Shown in pieces: positions 35,101-45,300 of a stretch of 64,000 nt of DNA (position 1 is its first letter; each line of letters begins with the position of its first letter). The stretch spans positions 6,721,849 to 6,785,848 of the forward strand of contig CM082597.2 of NCBI GenBank assembly GCA_040954595.2. The letters run 5' to 3'. Source of the DNA: Balanoglossus misakiensis. Taxonomy: Eukaryota > Animalia > Hemichordata. Both the position numbers and the translations under genes were made by a program. The notes under the pieces were generated by a model. That model worked only from the letters and a program-made list of their open reading frames with translations. It was not told where the DNA came from and did no database searches.

Positions 35101-38100
35101 TCGAGCTATATGTCTCGAATTGTACCCAAATCTCGTATATACCCGCCTGCGGTTATTGCTTAATTAGCTGTATTATTCGGCCTTATTTCCAGTATTTTCA
35201 TTCTGTATATCACATGCAATTTCTGTACTCTAAACAGCATGCTAATAAAATACCCAGTACAGTCCAACCTGTCTATAGTGGCCAGTCAAGGGACTTTCCT
35301 AAACTGGCCTTTATAGACAGGTGGCCTTTGTATAGAGGTTAATTAACACGCATGTGAATTGCACAGGGACTGTAACAAAGTGGCCACTATGTAGAGGTGA
35401 CCAATATAGGAGTGGCCACTATAACAGGGTTTTTACTGGACTCTGTTTATCAACATATCATGTATGTGTGTAATGACCACTGTTATCGTTGATTATAAAT
35501 TCTAGTCTGGACTTAATTCAAATTTTGCACAATAACAATGCTTATTATACACATATATCAGTTGATAAGCTAAATGCTTGGCATTTCATCATGTTTCATA
35601 AAATTAGACAAGAAATATCCAAACCAAAAATATTGCAAAAAGTTACAGCTAATAAAGCTTTAACTCACTTAAAGCCAATATCTGCTGTCTGTATGTGAGA
35701 CTGCAAGAATCCAGACATCAAGTCAACTTGTTCCACATCAGGCAGAGCCTTCTCTTTGTTAAATCTCACACTCCGTACTGAAATGAAAACAAAATATTCA
35801 AAGGTCAATTTAGAAAGGGTTTAATCCACAGACCCTTATTTACTGTCTACTTTTGGTCTTGCTGAGTTCAACAAAGCTAAGGGAGGCTGGTATTATCGGT
35901 TGTCTGTACTAGAAGATTACAAGAACAAAGTAAGTGACTTCTGACATCATTTAAAGGACAATGATCGTCTTATGCCAAACCAGAGACTCTGGTTACAAAA
36001 ATTGTACAGTCAGTGAAGGCAGTAGCTGTCCTAATCCTATAGACTGCAGTAAGAACAAGTTAATTGCACTTCCCAAATTTTCATGCAGGTAACTCCATTT
36101 GATTGTTTTCAGGTCAAAATAGCGCCCTCAGCGGTGATTTTGAAAGCCACAATTTTGTGGCTATTTGCCCAGTTCAGCAGTTCATGTGTCATATAATGCC
36201 ACTTATGTGACAAACTCAAAATTTCAGCTAATAGTTTATAAACATTTACTGGTTATTTTTGTCTTTGAAAATCTACTGCTAGCAGGCAATAGGACGACAA
36301 TTGTCTTATGCGCATGTGTCAAACCAGAGACTCTGGTTACATAAATTGTAAGTATACAGGCAGTGCCAAAGGCAGTGTGTGTTGTCTTAACAACAGACAA
36401 GATGGCTGCAACCATAGTTTATGTTGGAGATCGGGAAAAGACAGCAAATGGGGGTAAAAGAAGGGAGAAAACTGAAGTCAACTTATACATTAGTGCACAT
36501 ATGAAAGATGGAAGGATTTGAAGTAATCTAGTTCTACTATTTAAATGCTTCGAATTCAAAATTTGCAGAACATTTGGATTGGACGTAATGTTTGTACACA
36601 CGAAATTATGCACATGCACATAAGACAATCATTGGCATTTAGAAACATAATATATTATCTACAGTTATGATTAGGTATTGTACATATTTCAAAAATTAAT
36701 CCAAGGCAAGTCTTGCTGTAATATTCTTACCAATGTATACAATGATGCAGGGCAATACAATCACCACTTCTACAGTGATCAATAATTGCAGATAGTTGAT
36801 TGGTTCAAAGACGTTGCCCACTTTCTTGTCCAGTTCCAAATCCCACACCAACATCACTATCATTAACATCAGAGCATTGCCTGTCATGAAAAATAATAAT
36901 AGTGAGGTCTTATATAGTGCATGCATCCACAATTGTGCAGAATGCACTTTACAATTATTACCCCTGGTCTTTGGACCAAAATTAAAGGGACAAAGTCTCT
37001 CTCTCGCTGCCCTTTTTCCATTAATTATGTTTGATATAAGACACCATATATGTTATTCTGTCTACATGTGGATATATAGTGAATCAACGTTCAACCACAC
37101 ACAACTTCCATCCCGCTTGTAGGATATGAGAGTAAAAATGTCGCCTAAATGAATAAATGGTAGAGACCGATTATTCATTTTTGTGAGTTTTTTCACTCTC
37201 GTGTCTACAAGTCCGATGGAAGTTGTGTGTAGCTTGCAAAAATGAATAATCGTTCTCTTCTATTTATTCATTTTCATGATACTGTTACTCTCATATCCTA
37301 CAAACGGGATGGAAGTAGTGTGTGGTTGAACATTGATTCACTATATATCCACATGTAGAATAAAGTACATAAACAGTGTCTTTATTAATAAAAAAGGGCA
37401 GCGAGAGAGTGAGACTTTGTCCCTTTAACTCACCTACAGACATCATGACGAACGGAACCCTTCGAACATTTTTGGTGATTCTGTAGAACTCCAAATAGCC
37501 ATTTCTGCGAAACATATAGTGATGATAGCGCAGATATCTCTCAATAAGTGCAACAACCAGCCACATTGCAGCATGAGTGTAGACCAATAGGGAGAAGGAA
37601 AACATGTACAGCCGATGTGTGTCTGTCGTTGCCTTGACAACAGCTGTTTCAACTGTCAATATTGTACTGTTAGGATAGACAGCTGGTTCTATCACATACG
37701 GAAGCACGTAACATAGGACTCCCAAGCAAACCTATAGAATGAAAATAAAGAAATTTGCATTGTTCAGGAATAACTTGAAGCTGAATGTTATCAGTGATCT
37801 AGATAAAAGCCAGTCACTGGTCGCAATTTCTGTATGACTAACTCAGCATGTCATTTGATGCAATTTGTGCCTGTATGTTGCAATTTAAACAAGTGATATA
37901 TAAAAGGGTGCCACACCCAAATATTCTGTCAAAGGGGACATATCCCCCCTTGTTGATGCCATACTGAATGGAACACTGCGGTCCAAGTCAGATTTATAAA
38001 TATGTACCTAGCTAAAGAAACAATTGGGATTTGGGTTACTTACAAAGAGTACAGCCTGGAATATTGATATGCAGACAGTGGGAACTGGTTTGAATCTGGG

Positions 38101-40125
38101 TTCATTCTGGGTCCCCAGTTGAAGTATCAACTGTTCCTGATCATCAATGGAAGGTGTCAGAGATGCCTCCTGGTCAAAGAAATACCCCTACAGATATAAA
38201 AGATGACATGTAATTGTTTACAATGTGGGAGATACACATGAGGCTATAGCCCGACACTTGTTTTGCTGCCTGAGATTGTATGGCACATGCATCTAACCTT
38301 GAGGAGAAGGCAAACACCATAGATGCTGGTCTGCAGAACTTGTATCAGGGTCATAAAATATCATTCCTCAAGGTACAATATATAGAGAGAAAGAAATGTT
38401 TTGCTGTTTTGTGTGGGTGCTGTTTCAAGGTTCATCAGAGACCTTATGCTTTTTCATAGGAAATCTCCCTACAGGTTTTTTAAAGCTCTGTTTTTGAGTC
38501 ACTTTGAGGAAAGTAAATATTTCTCTGAGTCGGCCCTATAGTTTGGTTCAATTCGTAACTTCTATTTTCTGATGCTTTTTTGTTAAGATTGAGAAAATGA
38601 CAATAGTATGCCACAAAATCAATTTTTGATAAAATTAAAAATATAATAACAATAACCCCAACCACAGTCGGGTATACACTTGATTTGAGTACAATTCACT
38701 CCATATAGTACTCGCCTAACAGCTCATGCTATATGTCGCTAATAATTGTAGTACCCAATTTTCATGTATACCTGCCTGGGATAGGGGGTATTGCTTCATT
38801 TCTTGGATGCAGGCTTCAATGGTTTCCCTGTCTTTTATTATAGGGACAAAGTCTCTCTCTCGCAGCCCTTTTTCCATTAATTATGTTTGATACAAGACAC
38901 CATTGATGTTATTCTACATGCTGATATATAGTGAATCAACGTTCAACCACATACACCTTCCATCCCGTTTGTAGGATATGAGAGTAAAAATCTCGCCATA
39001 ATGAAAAACCGGTCTCTACCATTTTTTATTCATTTGGCCCGTGGGGCGAGTTTTTACTCTCATATCCTACAAACGGGATGGAAGGTGTATGTGGTTGAAC
39101 GTTGATTCACTATATATCCACATGTACATTAACATAAACGGTGTCTTGTATCAAACATAATTAATGGAAAAAAGGGCAGCAAGAGAGAGACTTTGTCCCT
39201 TTATATAGTTGTTAAAATCTTGAACAGCGAGTGGTACTTCAGGAGGGACTGACATTATCAAATACACCACTTCCGGTACACAGGCCTGAGGGAACATAAC
39301 ACGTGTACAAGATTCTCAATGGACTGTGTGTTACGTTCGCTCATGCACGTCTGCCAAGTATGGTATGTGTGGTCTGTCTGTAATAAGCGTGGTCAAGGAC
39401 ATATCCACAATGCAACTCCACTAAAATCTGCTCAAACCTCGATGAAGAAACAATGGGCTCAGACTGCGGGAAGGGCAAAGCATGACATAAATTCTGTATA
39501 CCACTTCATGTATAAATGCTAAGTATTCTCGATCACACTGCATTGATGTGCATTGCAGTTAGCTGCAGCATAGACGTACTCTGCAGAGGGATCTTTTGAA
39601 TTGAACTGCCATCCAGGACTCTACCATTCTCTGGTGGCGAGGGTCAGCATTGGGGTTAGGGTTAGCGTTATGACTGTAATGTGTATTTAATTTTAAAATG
39701 GCTTAAGTGATTAAGCTTTGTGAAGTTTTTGTTTTTAAATAAAGGTATATTTAATAAGGTCATAACAACACCCTATTAACGCTAACCCCAATGCTACCCA
39801 TCGCCACAAGAGAATGGTAGAGTCCAAAGGGGCAGTTCGATTCAAAAGATCCTTCTGTAGTTATACCGTAGCTCGAGGTTTATTTGTCTGGTGCTGGGGT
39901 TGGACGGCCAAACGTCAAACCCATAACACCAGGCAATACTGCAGCTGTGATGTAGTGTGTTCGAATGGATACAGAAATGATGTAGAGTGCCCCAGCTAAC
40001 CACAGTCACTCCACACGTTCGACCGTGCCCAACCATAACAATATCCTGTACAACTACAAGCTCGTGTGTACAATATAATGTTTTCTTACCCCTTGTCGAC
40101 TACTGTTGGTTCCTAAGCTGACCAT
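26196..40125 (-). CDS. TMEM192: Transmembrane protein 192 homolog, six coding exons, 287 aa
   Basis: Exons 40125-40090 (MVSLGTNSSRQG), 38187-38044 (..PRFKPVPTV..), 37731-37434 (..ERYLRYHH..RNGYLEFYR.TK..RR.P..), 36880-36731 (GNALML..EV..LPC), 35777-35669 (VRSVRFNKEKALPDV..IGF), 26322-26196 (DSNQVDDILEKQADMIRYL..HNAHL). All introns are GT-AG, phases 0,0,1,1,2 are compatible, total 864 nt. Motifs match TMEM192 as recalled. Confidence 0.88.
27169..27690. mobile_element. Left part of the same 6-bp-TSD element as 14547-15809, truncated
   Basis: Same insertion point (tgtcac|caatgtttcagctagc). Homology stops at ~27690, followed by ~170 bp of unrelated sequence and a poly-C run before rejoining the 52-bp repeat. 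Confidence 0.75.
28315..30273 (+). CDS. TRIM-NHL E3 ligase, copy 3 (652 aa; intronless CDS), nested antisense in TMEM192 intron 5
   Basis: Same architecture; ATG at 28315; lies between TMEM192 exon 5 (35669) and the nearest exon 6 (26322). Confidence 0.93.
   Translation: MAAAYPGGSELDKVLNELGEDFLSCAICLELFKKPKVLPCDHSFCESCLTTLVTKKGKLNCPTCSTPCQLPGGGVTELKVNFFINSLTDLYLKKRPTESDSKPSVCNGCEENDGTHYCIDCSVNMCDSCTKPHRKILKGHKVMTLDEYKNTESSTLLKQQKVFCSVHPENVVEVYCETCMVSACTACAVTKHNKHTNTDLQDAANDYTKQLRDLLCKVTEKELGAERSKTDAKLMRQKLMVGCQEEEQKVRQKTAKVIQKAQREEKQLIKELQTKYGQRVKQTEALIDEWELKHGNIASQRCYIETLMHHGTPAQIMATKQETIHHMEEIISMETEIDARVDMVKFQPAEETKDGGMLGMLREDSVTVETKKGLVKTIGCQGNKGGQFKSPHGISINRHGNFVTTEFDNKRVQITDRDGKYKSSFTFTQFAQPFRPLDVEISADDEYFMTDRNNKQIVVSDENGSLIKCFGKEVKNHLRLAISPVDGSVYVSDWDGKPSADTDKEGNCIRKYTHDCQYIKSFGSFGTGQGQFRGPDFLTVDSCGVVFVSDTNNHRIQAFNGDGEFLFAFGEFGEGDGKIYRPTGIVADKAGYLYVSDRGNNNVQKFDNRGKFICRIDKAEDGLDRPRGVAVTDDMEVVVADWGNHCLKIFAQ
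33869..34307. mobile_element. 439-bp non-autonomous TIR element with 5-bp TSD (hAT-like termini)
   Basis: cctgt|CAGGGTTGGCGCTA ... TAACGCGAACCCTG|cctgt. Empty site 'aaagctgtactac' at ~13807. Confidence 0.8.
34635..35162. mobile_element. Non-autonomous element ending in a long imperfect hairpin
   Basis: Hairpin ~35025-35160 (agcaataacc...gggtatac...gtacaattc / gaattgtac...tatacccg...ggttattgct). Related hairpin at ~38646-38797; ends resemble the 1400-1620 element. Left boundary approximate. Confidence 0.5.
36986..37424. mobile_element. Kolobok-like palindromic MITE in TMEM192 intron 3
   Basis: TTAA|AGGGACAAAGTCTC ... GAGACTTTGTCCCT|TTAA with long inverted arms. Confidence 0.75.
38842..39200. 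mobile_element. Second copy of the Kolobok-like palindromic MITE (intron 1)
   Basis: TTAT|AGGGACAAAGTCTC ... GAGACTTTGTCCCT|TTAT; arms ~160 bp. Confidence 0.75.
39560..39947. mobile_element. Degenerate inverted-repeat element
   Basis: TAGCTGCAG ... CTGCAGCTG ends; inner inverted arms (ggatcttttgaat..ggactctaccattctc / gagaatggtagagtcc..attcaaaagatcc). No clear TSD. Confidence 0.55.
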
Positions 40126-40330
40126 TTTACAGCATTCTTGAAGGAAATACTCAGTGGGATATCATTCAGCCATAAAATGTCGTATTTTTCAGCCACGCCA
40201 CCTTTTTTTCTGCCACGGCTAACTGTCTGTCACTGTAACAGTCCTCGCCAGGCCGCCGCCATGTTCAAGTTGACATGACCTCAGTATGACCTCTTGGGAT
40301 GTGTTGACGTCAGAGGCTGCTGACCTCAGA
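40126..40330 (-). promoter_or_regulatory. Probable TMEM192 5' UTR / proximal promoter
   Basis: Immediately upstream of the ATG; relatively CpG-richer; YY1-like gccgccatgtt (~40255-40265) and perfect CRE TGACGTCA (40305-40312). Motif presence only. Confidence 0.4.
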
Positions 40331-40398
40331 GATTGACGCGACAAGACGATGACGATGAAAAATAAACGGTGGTCTTGTTGAATGCTCATGCAAAATTA

Positions 40399-40558
40399 CA
40401 TTCATTCATTCATTAATTCATTAATGCATTCATTAATTCATTAATTAATTAATTAATTCATTCATTCATTCATTCATTCATTCATTCATTCATTCATTCA
40501 TTCATTCATTCATTCATTCATTCATTCATTCATTCATTCATTCGTTCATTCGTTCGTT
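40399..40558. repeat. (TTCA)n microsatellite with TTAA/TTCG variants
   Basis: Directly visible. Confidence 0.95.
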
Positions 40559-41021
40559 TATTGCTTTTAGTAGTAGCAAAATAATCCATTGTATAATGTT
40601 TTACTATATCAAAAGTACAATCACCTTAATTTACTCTATGCCGTCTTCCAGGGCCGGTGTTGCTATGGTGATGGCGAAGGGCCGGCCGCCGCCCAGCCAG
40701 CCTGCAACTTGGTTTGTTCCATTATTTTGTGGGGACGGGCGAGGGTGACTTGTCACCTGTGGCTTCAGAAAATACGACGTTTGTTTCCAAAAGCCTTTCT
40801 TTCAAAACCGCAGAGCCAAGAAATGCATTTGCTTGAACTTGATATTAATAGCAAAACTGGTTTTAAAAAAATTAGAGCAAATGACTAATTTTCCAAAAAG
40901 TCTAAAAACGGTATACGTCAAAAAACGCGAAAACATTGTCATATTGAAAGGAATGCGTAATGACAAAAGAAAACAACAGGGCCATTGGAAAATATATTGT
41001 TCATGGTTCCAAGAATCGAAG

Positions 41022-41298
41022 TAGATAGTGAAATATAGTCACTTTGGAACAGTATTTTTGAAACAGTGCGACCGGAGCTTGATCACGCAATGGTGTTAAT
41101 TATTCAGCGTTGATGTGTCAGCAACAGGCGGAATAATATGTCCGTAAATAGATAGTAGTTGGTATCCTTGGTCTCTGTTCATGATTGGCCTCCGTTGTTT
41201 GATATAGATGGATGCGTGATCAAGCTCCGTTGTTGTCGAATCGAAACGTCGCACTGTTTCAAAAATACTGTTCCAAAGTGACTATATTTCACTATCTA
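41022..41298. mobile_element. MITE with ~50-bp perfect TIRs (TAG...CTA)
   Basis: tagatagtgaaatatagtcactttggaacagtatttttgaaacagtgcgac and its reverse complement. Confidence 0.75.
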
Positions 41299-41374
41299 AC
41301 AGGGCCATTGTTTGTCACTTGCCATTTTTACGTTTCCTTGCAATAAAATGTCAAGCCGTCTACTGACATGTCTA

Positions 41375-42182
41375 AGGCTGCATTCACAAACACCTCTGGA
41401 GGGGGGGGGGGCGGGAGAATTCAATTTTTTTACCGCTAATTTTCACACGCCCCCCTTCCGAACTGCCAATATTTTCAAATCCCCCCCCTTCCGAACTGCC
41501 AAAATTTTGAAATCCCCCCCCCCCCATTTTCTTTCACAGAGCAAAACATATCACCTATCTATCTTGTAAAAAGAAAAACAGCGCTCCCATGAAAAGAATT
41601 TGAAGCTGATGTTTCCCCTCATCAGTGGGTATTAAAACTGAACATTGTTTTTATTTTTTAAGTACATATATTTGTATTCTGTGTTGGGAGACATTGTAAA
41701 TCGAGAATTGAAGGGGGTGGGTTTGGGAGGGGGTGTCCCCCTCCCACGTAAGAAAATTTTCTAAAATACAGAGCTCAAAGTTGCATTTTAATGAACCCGG
41801 CAAAAGCAACTTAACTCAACTACCTGTATGTTGGGGAAGACAAATTTAACCGTCGCCGCTCAAAGTTATCATGGGGTGGGGCAAGTCCCCTGATCTGGGA
41901 CACTAGATAAACCAGTCAATGATTGAAAGGTGTTGATGAATGGAGGGGGTGGGTGTGGGAGGGGGTGTCCCCCTCCCACATTAGAAAATTTTGTAAAATA
42001 AAGGGCGCGAAACTGCATTTTTGTGGACTCAAAATAAATATTTAGTCGTTAAAGTTTTCAAGTCCCCCCCTTTCAGTCCCTAAATTATTTCAAATCCCCC
42101 CCCTTACATACCCTCAATTTTTTCAAATCCCCCCCTCAATTCTCCTGCCCCCCCCCTCCAGAGGTGTTTGTGAATGCAGCCT
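41375..42182. mobile_element. ~800-bp MITE with poly-G/poly-C TIRs
   Basis: AGGCTGCATTCACAAACACCTCTGGAGGGGG ... CCCCCTCCAGAGGTGTTTGTGAATGCAGCCT; internal direct repeat at ~41712 and ~41944. Confidence 0.8.
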
Positions 42183-42384
42183 ATATGACATGTAATTTTT
42201 TTACACCCCGTCGTGACAAGCTTCTTTTACATTAGCCTATCCTCCCCATAAGACAATGGTACAGTCCAAGATCCCGACTCTTCACTTCAATGAATTCAAT
42301 GAATGGGAAACTAATTCTTTTTCAGCTTAAAACGGTTCATAAAGCACTTTTTGTGCTTTAAAATTTAATTGTAATCAAAAACGG

Positions 42385-45300
42385 GATAGCTCATGAAAAT
42401 CATCCAAGAATGACAATTTTTCGACTTTGCAAAATTTCAAAATTTTTTCATTTTTTGACAAAAATCATGGGTTATACCTCATGAAAATCATCCAAAAATG
42501 ACAATTTTTCGACTTTGCGAAATTTCAAAATATCTTCATTTTTTGACAAAAATCATGGGTTATAGCTCATGAAAATCATCCAAAAATGACAATTTTTCGA
42601 CTTTGCGAAATTTCAAAATTTCTTCATTTTTTGTCAAAAATCATGGGTTATAGCTCATGAAAATCATCCAAAAACGACAATTTTTCGACTTTGCGAAATT
42701 TCAAAATATCTTCATTTTTTGACAAAAAATCATGGTGAAAAAACCATGGGTTATAGCTCATGAAAATCATCCAAAAATGACAATTTTTCGACTTTGCGAG
42801 ATATCAAAATTTCTTCATTTTTTTTAAAAAAGCATGGGTTATAGCTCATGAAAATCATCCAAAAATGACAATTTTTCGACTTTGCGAGATATCAAAATTT
42901 CTTCATTTTTTTGAAAAAAGCATGGGTTATAGCTCATGAAAATCATCCAAAAATGACAATTTTTCGACTTTGCGAAATATCAAAATTTCTTCATTTTTTT
43001 AAAAAAAGCATGGGTTATAGCTCATGAAAATCATCCAAAAATGACAATTTTTCGACTTTGCGAGATATCAAAATTTCTTCATTTTTTTGAAAAAAAAACC
43101 ATGGGTTATAGCTCATGAAAATCATCCAAAAATGACAATTTTTCGACTTTGCGAGATATCAAAATTTCTTCATTTTTTTTAAAAAACCATGGGTTATAGC
43201 TCATGAAAATCATCCAAAAATGACAATTTTTCGACTTTGCGAGATATCAAAATTTCTTCATTTTTTTGAAAAAAGCATGGGTTATAGCTCATGAAAATCA
43301 TCCAAAAATGACAATTTTTCGACTTTGCGAGATCTCAAAATTTCTTCATTTTTTTGAAAAAAGCATGGGTTATAGCTCATGAAAATCATCCAAAAATGAC
43401 AATTTTTCGACTTTGCGAGATATCAAAATTTCTTCATTTTTTTGAAAAAAGCATGGGTTATAGCTCATGAAAATCATCCAAAAATGACAATTTTTCGACT
43501 TTGCGAGATATCAAAATTTCTTCATTTTTTTGAAAAAACCATGGGTTATAGCTCATGAAAATCATCCAAAAATGACAATTTTTCGACTTTGCGAGATATC
43601 AAAATTTCTTCATTTTTTTGAAAAAAACCATGGGTTATAGCTCATGAAAATCATCCAAAAATGACAATTTTTCGACTTTGCGAGATATCAAAATTTCTTC
43701 ATTTTTTTGAAAAAACCATTGGTTATAGCTCATGAAAATCATCCAAAAATGACAATTTTTCGACTTTGCGAGATATCAAAATTTCTTCATTTTTTTGAAA
43801 AAACCATGGGTTATAGCTCATGAAAATCATCCAAAAATGACAATTTTTCGACTTTGCGAGATATCAAAATTTCTTCATTTTTTTGAAAAAACCATGGGTT
43901 ATAGCTCATGAAAATCATCCAAAAATGAAAATTTTTCGACTTTGCGAGATATCAAAATTTCTTCATTTTTTTGAAAAAACCATGGGTTATAGCTCATGAA
44001 AATCATCCAAAAATGACAATTTTTCGACTTTGCGAGATATCAAAATTTCTTCATTTTTTTGAAAAAACCATGGGTTATAGCTCATGAAAATCATCCAAAA
44101 ATGACAATTTTTCGACTTTGCGAGATATCAAAATTTCTTCATTTTTTTGAAAAAACCATGGGTTATAGCTCATGAAAATCATCCAAAAATGACAATTTTT
44201 CGACTTTGCGAGATATCAAAATTTCTTCATTTTTTTGAAAAAAACCATGGGTTATAGCTCATGAAAATCATCCAAAAATGACAATTTTTCGACTTTGCGA
44301 GATATCAAAATTTCTTCATTTTTTTGAAAAAACCATTGGTTATAGCTCATGAAAATCATCCAAAAATGACAATTTTTCGACTTTGCGAGATATCAAAATT
44401 TCTTCATTTTTTTGAAAAAACCATGGGTTATAGCTCATGAAAATCATCCAAAAATGACAATTTTTCGACTTTGCGAGATATCAAAATTTCTTCATTTTTT
44501 TGAAAAAACCATGGGTTATAGCTCATGAAAATCATCATAAAATGACAATTTTTCGACTTTGCGAGATATCAAAATTTCTTCATTTTTTTGAAAGAACCAT
44601 GGGTTATAGCTCATGAAAATCATCATAAAATGACAATTTTTCGACTTTGCGAGATATCAAAATTTCTTCATTTTTTTGAAAGAACCATGGGTTATAGCTC
44701 ATGAAAATCATCCAAAAATGACAATTTGTCGACTTTGCGAGATATCAAAATGTCTTCATTTTTTTGAAAGAACCATGGGTTATAGCTCATGAAAATCATC
44801 CAAATATGACAATTTTTCGACTTTGCGCGATATCAAAATTTCTTCATTTTTTTGAAAAAACCATAGGTTATAGCTCATGAAAATCATCCAAAAATGACAA
44901 TTTTTCGACTTTGCGAGATATCAAAATTTCTTCATTTTTTTGAAAAAAGCATGGGTTATAGCTCATGAAAATCATCAAAAAATGACAATTTTTCGACTTT
45001 GCGAGATATCAAAATTTCTTCATTTTTTTGAAAAAAGCATGGGTTATAGCTCATGAAAATCATCCAAAAATGACAATTTTTCGACTTTGCGAGATATCAA
45101 AATGTCTTCATTTTTTTGAATATAGCATGGGTTATAGCTCACGAAAATCATCCAAAAATGACAATTTTTCGACTTTGCGAGATATCAAAATTTCTTCATT
45201 TTTTTGAAAATACCATGGGTTATAGCTCATGAAAATCATCCAAAAATGACAATTTTTCGACTTTGCGAGATATCAAAATTTCTTCATTTTTTTGAAAAAA

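Noticed and set aside
36696-37725. Stand-alone ORFs 36696-36947 and 37291-37725
   Set aside because: They are TMEM192 exons 4 and 3 read through into intron sequence.
39650-39670. ggggttagggttag telomere-like motif
   Set aside because: Only about two units, inside an inverted-repeat element; not a telomeric tract.
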